Of a stretch of DNA of 64,000 bases, positions 46,094 to 55,716 are shown in pieces. Both the position numbers and the translations under genes were made by a program. Source of the DNA: Candidatus Marinacidobacterium sp. (lineage in GTDB: Bacteria; Acidobacteriota; Vicinamibacteria; Marinacidobacterales; Marinacidobacteraceae). Every line of letters begins with the position of its first letter. Positions within the stretch are counted from its first letter, which is position 1. The notes below the pieces were generated by a model. It saw only the letters and a list, made by a program, of their open reading frames with translations. It did no database searches and had not been told where the DNA came from. Location of the stretch: contig OZ244852.1 in assembly GCA_965220965.1 (NCBI GenBank), positions 2,752,001 through 2,816,000 on the forward strand, read 5' to 3'.

Positions 46094-48336
46094 GGAGAGT
46101 CCGGTTCGCCGAGCTCCGGATAGAGCCGGCGGTAGAGCATCTCGTTCCGCATCACCAGCTTCACGTAGTTCCGGGTTTCGGTGAAGGGGATCTCCTCGAT
46201 GAAGAGTTCTTCGGGGACGGTGTAGTCCCGCCCGGTCCAGGCGCGCACCCGGTGCGGACCGGCGTTGTAGCCGGCGAGCGCCAGTTCCGGCCGGTCGGCG
46301 AACTCGTCGAGCAGCTCGCGCAGGTAGCGGGTTCCGAACCGGATGCTCACTGCCGGGTCGTAGAGGCGCGAGGTGCGGAACGTGATGCCCTCGGCGCGGG
46401 CCAGCGCCCGCCCGGTCGCGGGCATGACCTGCATGAGGCCGCGCGCCCCGACGCTGGACCGGGTCCGGGGCACGAACGCCGACTCCTGCCGGATCAGCCC
46501 GGCCACCAGCGGGGGGTCCAGGTTCCAGCGCTCCGACCGGGTCCGGAGTTCCTCTTCGAACCGAAGCGGGTACTGGAGCCGGCGCCACTCGGCGGGGAGG
46601 GCTTCGCCGGCCGCCGAGGTGTGGAAGGGGGCGGCCCGACGGAGCGCCTGGATCGCGGGGACCATCTCCTCATCGTCGGAAAGCAGCCAGCCGTGGACCG
46701 CGTGGAAGGCGGGGTCGTCCGGGAGTCCGGCGCGCGCCGCGCGGGACGCCGCCGCCTGGGCGCGGTCATTCAGTCCGGCGGCGTGGAGCTCCTCGATGCG
46801 GGCGATCGCGGTCGCGCGTTCGATCCGGAAGCGCTCCATCAGGAGTTCCGGCTCGCGAAGCGGGCTCTCCAGCGCGGAAGGCGGCCCGATCTCGGCGAGC
46901 CGCTCGGCGGCGCGCCGCCCGTAGAACGAGTTCTGGTAGCCGAGGAAGATCTCCCGGTAGAGACCGGCGGCCCCCTCCCGGTCTCCGGTCCGCTCCCGGA
47001 CCCGGGCGGCGAAGTAAAGGAACTGGCCCGCCATGAAGGCGCCCGGGTTTTCGCGGGCGGTCTGTTCCAGCTCGGCCCCCAGCCCGTCGAAGTCCTCGTT
47101 CCGATAGCGGTCCCAGAGGACGTGCCAGTTCGCGAACAGGACGTGAGGGCCTCGCCGGTAGGCGTCGGCGAGCCGCTGGAGGAACGGCAGCGCCTCCTCG
47201 CGGTCGTTGTCGGCGAGGCGGCTCCGCGCCAGGCTGTAGAGCGCGCGCTGTCCGAAGGGGTGGTCCGCCTCGAGCGCGAGGAGCTCCTCGAGGATCCGCG
47301 TCTGGGTCGTGATCCGCTCCAGCCGCCGCAGCGACTCGCCCCGGTAGTAGAGCGCCTCGGGCCGCAGGTCCTCGCGCTGGATCCGCCCCAGCGTCCGGAG
47401 CGACGCGCTCAGGCGTCCCCGGTGGAACTCAGAGACGCCGATCCGCAGGCGCACCGCGTCGCGATCCACCGCCGCGCCGAAGCGGCGCAGCGCCTCGAGG
47501 TAATTCTCGTGCGCCTTCCGGTGGTTCCCGGCCCGCGCGAACCCATCCGCCCGCTCGAGCGCCCGCGGCCCTCGCTCGGCCGCGGGCGGCGTCTTCACGT
47601 CGGACCGCCGGTAGAGCCGCGACAGCCGCCGGCCGGCGTCGAGCGAGTCGTCGTGGGTCGGCATCCGGTAGTAGAGCGTCTCCAGCCGGCGCGCCGCCTC
47701 CTCGCGCCGTCCGAGCCGCTCCAGCAGGCCGGCCGCCGCGACGAGCGTCTCGCCCCGCAGCCCGAAGCCGGCCCCCGAGCCGTCGGCCAGCACCGCGTCG
47801 AAGTGCGCGAGCGCCTCGTCGCGATGCTCCCCCTGACGGCCCAGCCGCAACCCCAGATCCCGGTGCGCCTCGGCCCGCCGCGAGTACCCGGGAAAGTCCG
47901 CGAGCAAGCGCTCCAGCGTCCCGATCGCCTCGGTGTCGAGCGCCCGGGGAAGGCTCGCCCCCAGCAGATGCAGCGCATCCGCGGTGAGCGCGCTGCCGGC
48001 GAAGACCTCCGCGGTCAGCCGCGCCCGCGCTTCGGTCCACCGACCCCGCTCGAGGGCGTCCACCCCGAGACGGAAGGAGGCCGCGGCGCGCGCCCGGTCG
48101 GAGCGCTCCGGATCGTCCGCGACCGCCTCGAGCGCCTCGGCTCGGGCGGCGCGATCCTCAAGAGCGGCGGCCCGCACTGCGGCGAGGTCCGGAGCGGGGG
48201 AGGCGAGCCCGCTCCAGGGGAGGGGCGGCGGCTCGGGCGCCCGCGCTCCGCCCCCGAACGACCCGGAGGCCGGCCGGAAGGCGAGGGTCAGGAGCCCGGC
48301 CCCCAGCAGAAGGGCGGCCCGAGAGATCCGTGGCAT
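46090..48336 (-). CDS. slt: Soluble lytic transglycosylase with TPR repeats (Slt-like)
   Basis: IRQESAF, GARGLMQVMP, YNAG, IPFTETRNYVK. Confidence 0.9.
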   Translation of the reverse strand: MPRISRAALLLGAGLLTLAFRPASGSFGGGARAPEPPPLPWSGLASPAPDLAAVRAAALEDRAARAEALEAVADDPERSDRARAAASFRLGVDALERGRWTEARARLTAEVFAGSALTADALHLLGASLPRALDTEAIGTLERLLADFPGYSRRAEAHRDLGLRLGRQGEHRDEALAHFDAVLADGSGAGFGLRGETLVAAAGLLERLGRREEAARRLETLYYRMPTHDDSLDAGRRLSRLYRRSDVKTPPAAERGPRALERADGFARAGNHRKAHENYLEALRRFGAAVDRDAVRLRIGVSEFHRGRLSASLRTLGRIQREDLRPEALYYRGESLRRLERITTQTRILEELLALEADHPFGQRALYSLARSRLADNDREEALPFLQRLADAYRRGPHVLFANWHVLWDRYRNEDFDGLGAELEQTARENPGAFMAGQFLYFAARVRERTGDREGAAGLYREIFLGYQNSFYGRRAAERLAEIGPPSALESPLREPELLMERFRIERATAIARIEELHAAGLNDRAQAAASRAARAGLPDDPAFHAVHGWLLSDDEEMVPAIQALRRAAPFHTSAAGEALPAEWRRLQYPLRFEEELRTRSERWNLDPPLVAGLIRQESAFVPRTRSSVGARGLMQVMPATGRALARAEGITFRTSRLYDPAVSIRFGTRYLRELLDEFADRPELALAGYNAGPHRVRAWTGRDYTVPEELFIEEIPFTETRNYVKLVMRNEMLYRRLYPELGEPDSP

Positions 48337-48425
48337 CGGGTTACAATGCTAAAGCCTGTGCGCCCGCCGTGATCGAACGGCCGCTCCAGTAGCGTAGTCG
48401 CGCACGAGGTCAATCACTTACAGGA

Positions 48426-48797
48426 GGGGGCGTACTGGGTTCGACGAAGGTACAGGAAGCAGCGACTGCATGCCGGGGGTCCACCTTCCGCAAACGGTGG
48501 AACAAACACAAACGCCAACGATCATCAGCTGGCTCTGGCTGCTTAAGCCACGTCCTTCCCGACCGTGCCTGCCGGGACGGGAAAGGACGACGACCAGGCG
48601 GGCTCGACTGACGGCTCTCCCGAGCCGTCCGTGACACCCAGGGATAGCCGCCGCCCCCCGATTCGCCGGGTTGATGCGGGGTGGTGGCGAACGTGGCCGG
48701 GCGCCTCGGCGCGCCGGCCGAATACAACCCGGCTAAGCATGTAGAGGTCTCTGTGGAAGGCTTTCGGACGCGGGTTCGATTCCCGCCGCCTCCACCA
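48426..48797 (+). ncRNA. ssrA: tmRNA; tag peptide ANDHQLALAA (48514-48546)
   Basis: 5' GGGGGCG...GGTTCGAC; 3' GGACGCGGGTTCGATTCCCGCCGCCTCCACCA with G3-U pair; tag ORF ending LALAA-TAA. Confidence 0.97.
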
Positions 48798-48859
48798 GTT
48801 CCCCCGCGAGTTCTCGCGGCCCGGACCCCTTTCCGAGGCTCTTCCGGCCGGAATCTCCT

Positions 48860-49753
48860 GTGACTTTCGGGCGTTCGCTCGGCCGCGGCGCCAAGCAGGC
48901 TCTTGCCGGCGCGGCGCTGAACAGATTCCTGCTGCAGAAATACGGGCGAACCTGGGACGATGCTCCGATACCGGGGGTTGGCCTCAAGGATCTGGATGGC
49001 CGCGCCTTCGAGGAGTTTCGCCAGCGCGGCGCGAAGAGTCAGCGACTGCCGACGGACATTCTGAGCGAGCCCGACGATGGGGTCATCGAGAGGCTCCAGT
49101 TGCGCGAGGCTGCGCTCCTGAAGCGGGCCGCAGTGCTGCTCTTTCATCCCGCGCCGCATCGGGTCGTGATGGAGGCCTGCGTCAAGATCGGCTATTTCCG
49201 TGGATCCGAGTTGCTGTTTCAGGACGTGGTCGAAGGCGACCTGTTCACGCAGGTCGACCGGGCCATGGACCTGCTGTTCACGAAGTACACGCGAGCGCTG
49301 GTTTCGTACGACGGCGTGTACCGCGTCGAGAATGTACCGGTGCCGCGCGCCGCCATGCGCGAGGCGATCATCAATGCGGTCATTCATCGGGATTACGCCA
49401 GCGCAACCACGATTCAGATCCGCGTCCACGACGACCGGATCGCCATCTGGAATGCTGTGCAGTTGCCCTCCGACTGGATTGCGGATCAGCGCGCCGGGAA
49501 ACTGTCGTCAAGGCCCCACAACCCCCGGATCGCCTACGCCTTTTTCCGGGCCGGGATGATCGAAGCGTGGGGACGTGGCGTCCAGCGCATCGCGGACCTG
49601 TGTCTGGAGGCTGGCAACCCGCGGCCAGAGTGGGAGCTCCAGTCCGGTGGCGACGGACTCTGGCTGCGATTTCCGTTTTCGGCGACCTACCGGTCCGCCG
49701 ATCCGGCGGCGCATGGCGCGGAGGACAGCGGCGGCGCGCCGGTTCCGAACTAG
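48860..49753 (+). pseudogene. Truncated ATP-binding protein (HATPase_c_4; Schlafen/AlbA-associated type)
   Basis: KRAAVLLF, REAIINAVIHRDY, SRPHNPRIAYAFFRAGMIEAWGRG; the N-terminal AlbA_2 domain and C-terminal HTH of typical homologs appear absent; no SD. Confidence 0.6.
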
Positions 49754-50376
49754 AGATCCACGAACGGCAGCGCGCTGACGCCCTCGCCGAGCGTCTCAGG
49801 TCGATTCTGTGCATTTGGATTGCACAATTTCCACTTGCGGCAGGTCGGACGGCGCCGAACCCGCCTGGAGCCCCCGCGGGGCCCCGGACGCCGATCCCCG
49901 ACCGAGGATCAGCGGCGGAGAACCGCCAGCGGACTACCCGGAGCGCCAGTTCTGCAGCGCCGCGTCCAGCCCCTCGACCAGCGGCTGGATGTCGCTGTCT
50001 TCGCGCTCGAACTCCAGTCGGCCGACCAGGCGACAGATCTCCGATGGCTCCCGGCCGACCCCCTGCGACAAGGCAGGCAGCTCCTCCCGCTCCGTCCGGC
50101 GCCGGCCTCGGGGGGCTGGTAGACTGCGGAACCGGTGGCGACCGATCGTCTGGACGGAACCCGGGTTCTTACCCGTTCCTCCAACCCTCCCTGTGTTCCG
50201 CGGCTTGCCCCCCCGCGCCACCGTCACGAGGCCGCCGCCGTCCTCGCCGCTGAGGACAACAGCGACGCCCGGAGGCCAGCCGGCCTCGACGGCGTCCTGA
50301 TCCCACCCCCTTTCCTACGCCCTTCCTGACCGGCGTTCCGCAGGTCAATTCCTTTTCAATACGGGAGATCGTCCCC

Positions 50377-51576
50377 ATGAAGAACAACCGCAGAAGCTTC
50401 TTCGGGTCCCTGGCGGGGCTCGGAGCGGCGGCGGCGGCGCCTCGCTCGCTGTTCGCCCAGTCCGGCGGAGGGGGCAGCGAACCCGTCCCCGTCGTCCACC
50501 CCGACCTGAACACGCTCAAGCCGCGGCGGGTCAACGAAGACGGGGTCAACAAGGAGTTCCACATCATCTGCGAGCCGGTCAAGCGCGAATTCGTGCCCGG
50601 CCGCACGATCGACTGCTGGGGCTTCAACGGGACCTGCCCCGGTCCGACGATCGAGGTCACCCAGGGAGACCGGGTGCGGCTCGTCGTCGAAAACCGGCTG
50701 CCGGAAGCCTTCTCGATGCACTGGCACGGCTTCGAGATCCCGATCGACATGGACGGCGTGCCCGGAGTCACCCAGGACCCGATCCCGCCGGGCGGGACGT
50801 TCGTCTACGAGTTCGACCTCCATCAGCACGGCACGTTCTTCTACCACTCCCACTTCCCGATGCAGGAGCTGATGGGCATGATCGGCCTGTTCATCATGCA
50901 TCCCAAGGAGGCCTACCGGCCGACCGTGGACCGGGACTACGGGATGATCCTCCAGACGTGGGACCTCAAGCCGAACGCCACGATCCCGGCCACCCTCGGG
51001 ATGAACTTCAACTGGCTCACGATCAACGGGCGGGCCGGACCGCATACGACCCCGCTGCTCGCCAAGCTGGGTGAGCGCGTGCGGTTGCGGATGGTCAACC
51101 TCAGCTCGATGCACCATCCGATCCACCTCCACGGCTTCACCTTCCAGACGGTGGGCACCGAGGGTGGACGGATGCCGGAGTCCACCTGGGAACCGGGCAA
51201 CACCGTCCTCGTGGGCGTCGCGCAGGCGCGGGACGTCGAGTTCAAGGCGGAGTACCCCGGCGACTGGATGATCCACTGCCACCTGCCGCACCACATGATG
51301 AACCAGATGGTCGCGCTCGTGGGGCCGCGTCACATGGCCCACATGGAGCACGGTGGCGGCCAGATGGATGCCGCTGCGGCCATGGAGGTGCCCGGGTTCC
51401 GTCAGGACATGTTCATGCCCATGGACGAAGCGGTTGCGAAGCCCGAGACCCGCGGCATGCGGCCGACCTGGTCGGCGGGCATCATGGGCATGATGAGCGT
51501 GGTTCGGGTTCTGGACGAGGCGACCTTCGACTCGATCCAGGCCGAGATCGCCGCCGGCGGCGGAGGAGACGCGTGA
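50377..51576 (+). CDS. Tat-exported two-domain multicopper oxidase
   Basis: NRRSFF Tat motif; HWHG, YHSH, HPIHLHG, HCHLPHHM; Met-rich tail. Confidence 0.92.
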   Translation: MKNNRRSFFGSLAGLGAAAAAPRSLFAQSGGGGSEPVPVVHPDLNTLKPRRVNEDGVNKEFHIICEPVKREFVPGRTIDCWGFNGTCPGPTIEVTQGDRVRLVVENRLPEAFSMHWHGFEIPIDMDGVPGVTQDPIPPGGTFVYEFDLHQHGTFFYHSHFPMQELMGMIGLFIMHPKEAYRPTVDRDYGMILQTWDLKPNATIPATLGMNFNWLTINGRAGPHTTPLLAKLGERVRLRMVNLSSMHHPIHLHGFTFQTVGTEGGRMPESTWEPGNTVLVGVAQARDVEFKAEYPGDWMIHCHLPHHMMNQMVALVGPRHMAHMEHGGGQMDAAAAMEVPGFRQDMFMPMDEAVAKPETRGMRPTWSAGIMGMMSVVRVLDEATFDSIQAEIAAGGGGDA

Positions 51577-52892
51577 TGGTTCGCCTTCCAATGACCCTGG
51601 GAGCCGCCGCGCTGGCGGTCGGGCTGGCCGCGCCCGCGGCGCTCGCCCAGGAAATGACCCTCGAAGACCTCCAGCGGATCGCGCTGGAGCGCAACCCGAC
51701 CCTCGTCCAGGTCGATGGGCGGCTGCGCGCCGCGATGGCCGACTCGGACCAGGCCGGACTCTGGCCCAACGTCCACGTCGCCTACGCAACGGAGACGGTG
51801 AACGGCCACGAGTCCCACGGCGTCTTCTTCCGGCAGACGCTTCCCATCAGCGGCATCATCGGAGCTTCCCGCAGGGTGCACGACCGCGACGCCGATCTCG
51901 CCCGGGCCCTCGTCCAGGAGCAGCAGATGAAGGTGGCGACTTCGGTCCGGCTGCTCTATCGCGAGGCGCTCATGGCCGAGCACCACATTGCGCTCCAGGA
52001 AGAAGTCGTCGAGCATCTCGAGGAAGTCCTGGTGACGATCAAGCAGCTCATGAACGTCGGGCTCGAGGACCCGACCGATGTGCTCGAGACCGAGATCAAG
52101 ATCCAGCATGCGCGCCTCGACCTCAGCGAGGAGCGCCTCGAGCAGCGGCACATCTGGACCGAGCTGGCGCAGATGGTGGGCGACCCCTCGCTCACGATGC
52201 AGCCGCTGGCGGGGGACGCGCTCGAGCTGCCGCCCGAGCTCGATTACGACACGGAGCTCGACCGGATGCTGACGAACAGTCCGGAACTCGAGAAGGTGCG
52301 GATGGACATCGCGCGTGGCGAGGCCGCCGTCGGGTTCGAGCGCACCGAGACGCGGCCCGACCTCGGAGTCACGCTCGGTCGCCGCTACAACCGCGGACTC
52401 ATCGGGTTCGGTCACGAAACCGAGGTTCTTCCGTCCTGGGAGCTGGCGCTGGAGCTTGATCTTTCCGCACCGATCTGGAACCGGAACCAGCACGGGATCC
52501 GGGCCGCCGAAGAAGATGTTCGCATGGCGCGGGCGGATCTCGACCGCGAAATCCTCCACCTTCGGTCCAAGTTCGCGGACGAGTTCCACGAGTACCAGAT
52601 CGAACGGGATGAGGCCCGGGTCTACCGCGAGGAGATCCTGCCCCGGGCCGAGCAGGTCCACGAACTGGCGCTCGGTCGGTACATGGATTTCGGCGAGGAC
52701 TACGGCGAAGTGCTCGAGGCGAAGGGGCACATCCTCGAGGTGCGCGGCGAGATCCTCCATTCGCTGTCCGAGGCCTGGCATCACACCGTGATGATTGAGG
52801 GGATGCTGCTCCACGGCGGCCTCCTGGTTCCGGAGTTCGAGATCCTCGAGAACACCGGGATGGGCAGCGCCGACACGCCGTACACCAGGTAG
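51573..52892 (+). CDS. TolC family outer membrane protein (copper resistance-associated)
   Basis: Signal peptide, ALERNPTL, NSPEL, PIWNRNQ; His-rich; coupled to MCO. Confidence 0.82.
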   Translation: MMVRLPMTLGAAALAVGLAAPAALAQEMTLEDLQRIALERNPTLVQVDGRLRAAMADSDQAGLWPNVHVAYATETVNGHESHGVFFRQTLPISGIIGASRRVHDRDADLARALVQEQQMKVATSVRLLYREALMAEHHIALQEEVVEHLEEVLVTIKQLMNVGLEDPTDVLETEIKIQHARLDLSEERLEQRHIWTELAQMVGDPSLTMQPLAGDALELPPELDYDTELDRMLTNSPELEKVRMDIARGEAAVGFERTETRPDLGVTLGRRYNRGLIGFGHETEVLPSWELALELDLSAPIWNRNQHGIRAAEEDVRMARADLDREILHLRSKFADEFHEYQIERDEARVYREEILPRAEQVHELALGRYMDFGEDYGEVLEAKGHILEVRGEILHSLSEAWHHTVMIEGMLLHGGLLVPEFEILENTGMGSADTPYTR

Positions 52893-52904
52893 TAGCCCGA
52901 CTGT

Positions 52905-52947
52905 CGGGGGCGCGGGCTCGCTCGCCCGCGCTCCCCCGTTACCTTCT
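52905..52947 (+). terminator. Terminator-like hairpin after MCO-TolC
   Basis: CGGGGGCGCGGGC/GCCCGCGCTCCCCCG stem followed by TTACCTTCT. Confidence 0.5.
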
Positions 52948-53021
52948 CAATCCGGGGTGCGGGGCCGAAACCTTCGGCCCCCGGGCCGGCTGGCGTTTGC
53001 CACGCCCCCGCGCTGATCCCT

Positions 53022-53207
53022 TAACAGTCTGTTGATGAAGTCCCGTGCAGCGCCGAGAGCGGTGAGGCGCCCGGCCGGCAAGGCGCGTGAGCGAGGAATA
53101 TCGGCAATATTCCGAGCGAAACGGAACGATGAGCGCCCCACAGGGGCGCGGTTCGGCCGGGATGGATCGCCGCTCGAACGCCGCGTGACTTTGTCAACAG
53201 GCTGTTA
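53022..53207. mobile_element. Non-autonomous MITE-like element, copy 2
   Basis: TIRs TAACAGTCTGTTGATGAAGTC / GACTTTGTCAACAGGCTGTTA (18/21); reverse-complement homolog of 5427-5659 without the 20-bp inserts. Confidence 0.8.
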
Positions 53208-53260
53208 GCATGCGGCAAGCCGCGTCCGACGCGGCTCACCAGCGAAGAAGGAGGTGGCGT

Positions 53261-55580
53261 ATGCGCCGTTTCTTCGGGATGGTCTTTCGGACGGCGTTTG
53301 TCGTCCTGATGCCGGCGACGGTCCTTGCGGGGGGGCGTTGCGGCCCAGGCGCCTGGCGTTTCGGGCTCGGTGGTCGACCAGCAGAGCCTCGCGCTGCCCG
53401 GCGTCCGGATCGAGCTTCACACCGAAGACGGGGCCCGGGTCGAGGTCGCCATCACCCGCGGTGACGGCTCGTTCGCCATCGACGTCGCCCCCGGGACCTA
53501 TTCGCTGACGGCGCACCTCGATGGCTTCGAGCCGGTCGAGCGCGCCGTGACCGTCACGTCGGAAGGGGTCGTCGTCGACCTGCTCATGGCGATCCGTCCG
53601 TTCGAGCAGACGCTCCCCGTGACCGCCGCGCTCCCGGAGATGGCGACGGAGCAGGTCGTCCCTTCGCGTCAGGTCGAGCAGCGGGTCGCCCAGGACCTCG
53701 CGCTCTCGCTCCGGGAGCAGGCCGGGGTGACGGCCCTGCGGCGAGGCCAGGTGAACCTCGACCCTTCGGTGCGCGGCCTCTACGCCGAACAGATCGGCGT
53801 CTTCGTGGACGGCACGCGCACCTTTGCGGCGGGACCGGCGCGGATGGACTCCGAACTGAGCCATGTCAGCCCCCACGCGCTCCAGTCGATGCGGGTCGTT
53901 CGCGGACCGTTCGCGCTGACCTGGGGCGCCGGAACGCTCAGCGCCATCCGCGTCGAGACCTTCAAGCCCGACTTTCGCGCGGACGGGTTCCGCTTCGGCG
54001 GGCGGGCCGGCTTCAACTACGGGAGCAACGGGGCCACCAAGGACGGCTACGGCAGCTTCTGGGGCAGCAGTGAGCGGTTCCGGTTCACCCTCCAGCACAA
54101 CACCCGCGCCGGCGACGACTACACCGACGGCAACGGAGAGGCGGTGCCCGGCGGCTACGAGTCGTTCGACACCCAGTGGAGCGTCGGAGGCCACCTGACC
54201 GAAGACACCCTCCTTGAGTACAGCGGCGGCCACCAGCAGCAGAACGACCTCGAGTATCCGGGCCGGATCCTCGACGCCACCTTCTTCACCACGAATTCCC
54301 ATGCGGTGGAGCTGACGCACGCTCCGGACGAGGGCCTCGTCCGCGAAGTTGTGGCGCAGGCCTACCGGAACGCGAAAGACCACCGGATGAACAACGACGA
54401 CAAGCCGACGGCGATGGACATGCCGGGGCGCAGGCCTCCCTTCGCCCTCGACGTGGACCTTCCCGCCGAGGCGACCACCACCGGCGGCCGGTTCCACGTC
54501 GCCATGGGCCGGGGCGCCCTCCGCTCCCGGATCGGCGGCGACATCTACCGGTTGGATCAGACGGCGACCCGGACGATCTCCCGGCGCAGCAACGACATGG
54601 TCCTGTTCAGCGACCGGGTCTGGCCTGACGCCCGGGTGAGCAACGCCGGCGCCTACGCGCAGCTCGTGCGTCGGTTCGCCTCGGCGACGCTCGGCGGGAC
54701 CGTGCGCCTCGACCATGAGCGCGCCGATGTTGGCGAGGTCTCTCCGTACTTCCGGGACAACGCCAGCCCCGACCTGTCACAGCGCAACACGAACCTGAGC
54801 GCCGCCGCCAGCCTGAGCTGGAACGTGCGGCCCGGCGTGGTCGTGAACCTCGGCGCCGGCCGCGCCGTGCGCAACCCGTCGGCGCTCGAGCGCTACTCCG
54901 ACCGCTTCCCCGCAGTGAAGTTCCAGACCGCCGCCGAGTTCATGGGGTCTCCGGAGCTCACGCCCGAGAAGAGCCGGGAGCTCAACGCCGGCGCCGTCAT
55001 CGTGTACCGCGACCTGGTGGTCGAGGCCGACGTGTTTCACCGGGTCATCGACGACTACATCACCGTGGCGCCCGATCCGACGCTGACGAAGCGGCTCCCG
55101 CTCAGCCCGCCGGTGGTCTTCCGCTACGTGCAAGGGGGGCAGGCGCGCTACATCGGGGGCGACCTGCGCGTCCAGATCTTCGTGAACTCCTGGCTGACCG
55201 CCCACAACACCGTCTCGTATGTCCAGGGAGACGACACCCGTTTCGATGAACCCCTGTTCGGCCTTCCCGGCCTCGAAAACCGGTTCGGGCTGCGGGCCGA
55301 TGCGCCAGGCCGGAACGTCTGGGCCGAGTTGGTCGTTGCGTCGCAGGCGGAGCAGGACCGGGTCGCGGCCCAGCGGTTCGAGGTTTCCACCAAGGGATGG
55401 ACCACGATCGATCTGAACGCCGGCTTCGCCCTCCGGGATGGGATGGAGATCCGGGCGGGCGTCCAGAACCTGACGAACGCGTTCTACGCCAACCACCTCA
55501 ACTCGTTCAACCCGTTCACGAGGCTGCGCATCGCCGAGGTGGGACGCAGCGTTTACGCCGGCGTGACGGTCGGTTTCTGA
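53261..55580 (+). pseudogene. OprC/NosA-like TonB-dependent receptor with +1 frameshift in signal-peptide G7 tract
   Basis: SD AAGGAGGT, ATG 53261 signal peptide frame; mature frame (VAAQAPG...) is reached only if G7 at 53329-53335 is G6; plug DPSVRG, PARMD, VVRGP; DHRM; terminal F. Confidence 0.8.
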
Positions 55581-55625
55581 ACGGGTTGCGGCCCGCCCCG
55601 CGCCCTCGGGGAGAGCCCTCCCCCC

Positions 55626-55654
55626 TTGATTCGCGGGGGGGAGACTCCTACCCT
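55626..55654 (+). promoter_or_regulatory. Putative sigma70 promoter of amt-glnK-glnA operon
   Basis: TTGATT-N17-TACCCT. Confidence 0.45.
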
Positions 55655-55716
55655 TGCGCGCAGGAAGCGGCGGCGACGCGCGCTTCGCGTCGCCCGCCGC
55701 AGGAGGAGGAGCGCTG

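Noticed and set aside
52795-53016. ORF containing ARAPP upstream of the TonB receptor as an arrest peptide
   Set aside because: Overlaps the TolC 3' end, has no signal peptide, the motif is far from the stop and coincides with a terminator-like hairpin
5427-53207. Idea that MITE-mediated inversion separated the 6504 leader from the TonB receptor
   Set aside because: The leader is about 850 nt from MITE copy 1 with the IrrE gene between, and it is still attached to the ABC operon; the geometry does not fit a simple inversion
48780-55620. attR duplication of the tmRNA 3' end or a prophage
   Set aside because: No repeat of CCGCCTCCACCA, integrase or phage genes found by eye
55655-55716. Glutamine (glnA) riboswitch or ANTAR motif
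   Set aside because: Consensus elements not recognisable; only a generic GC hairpin
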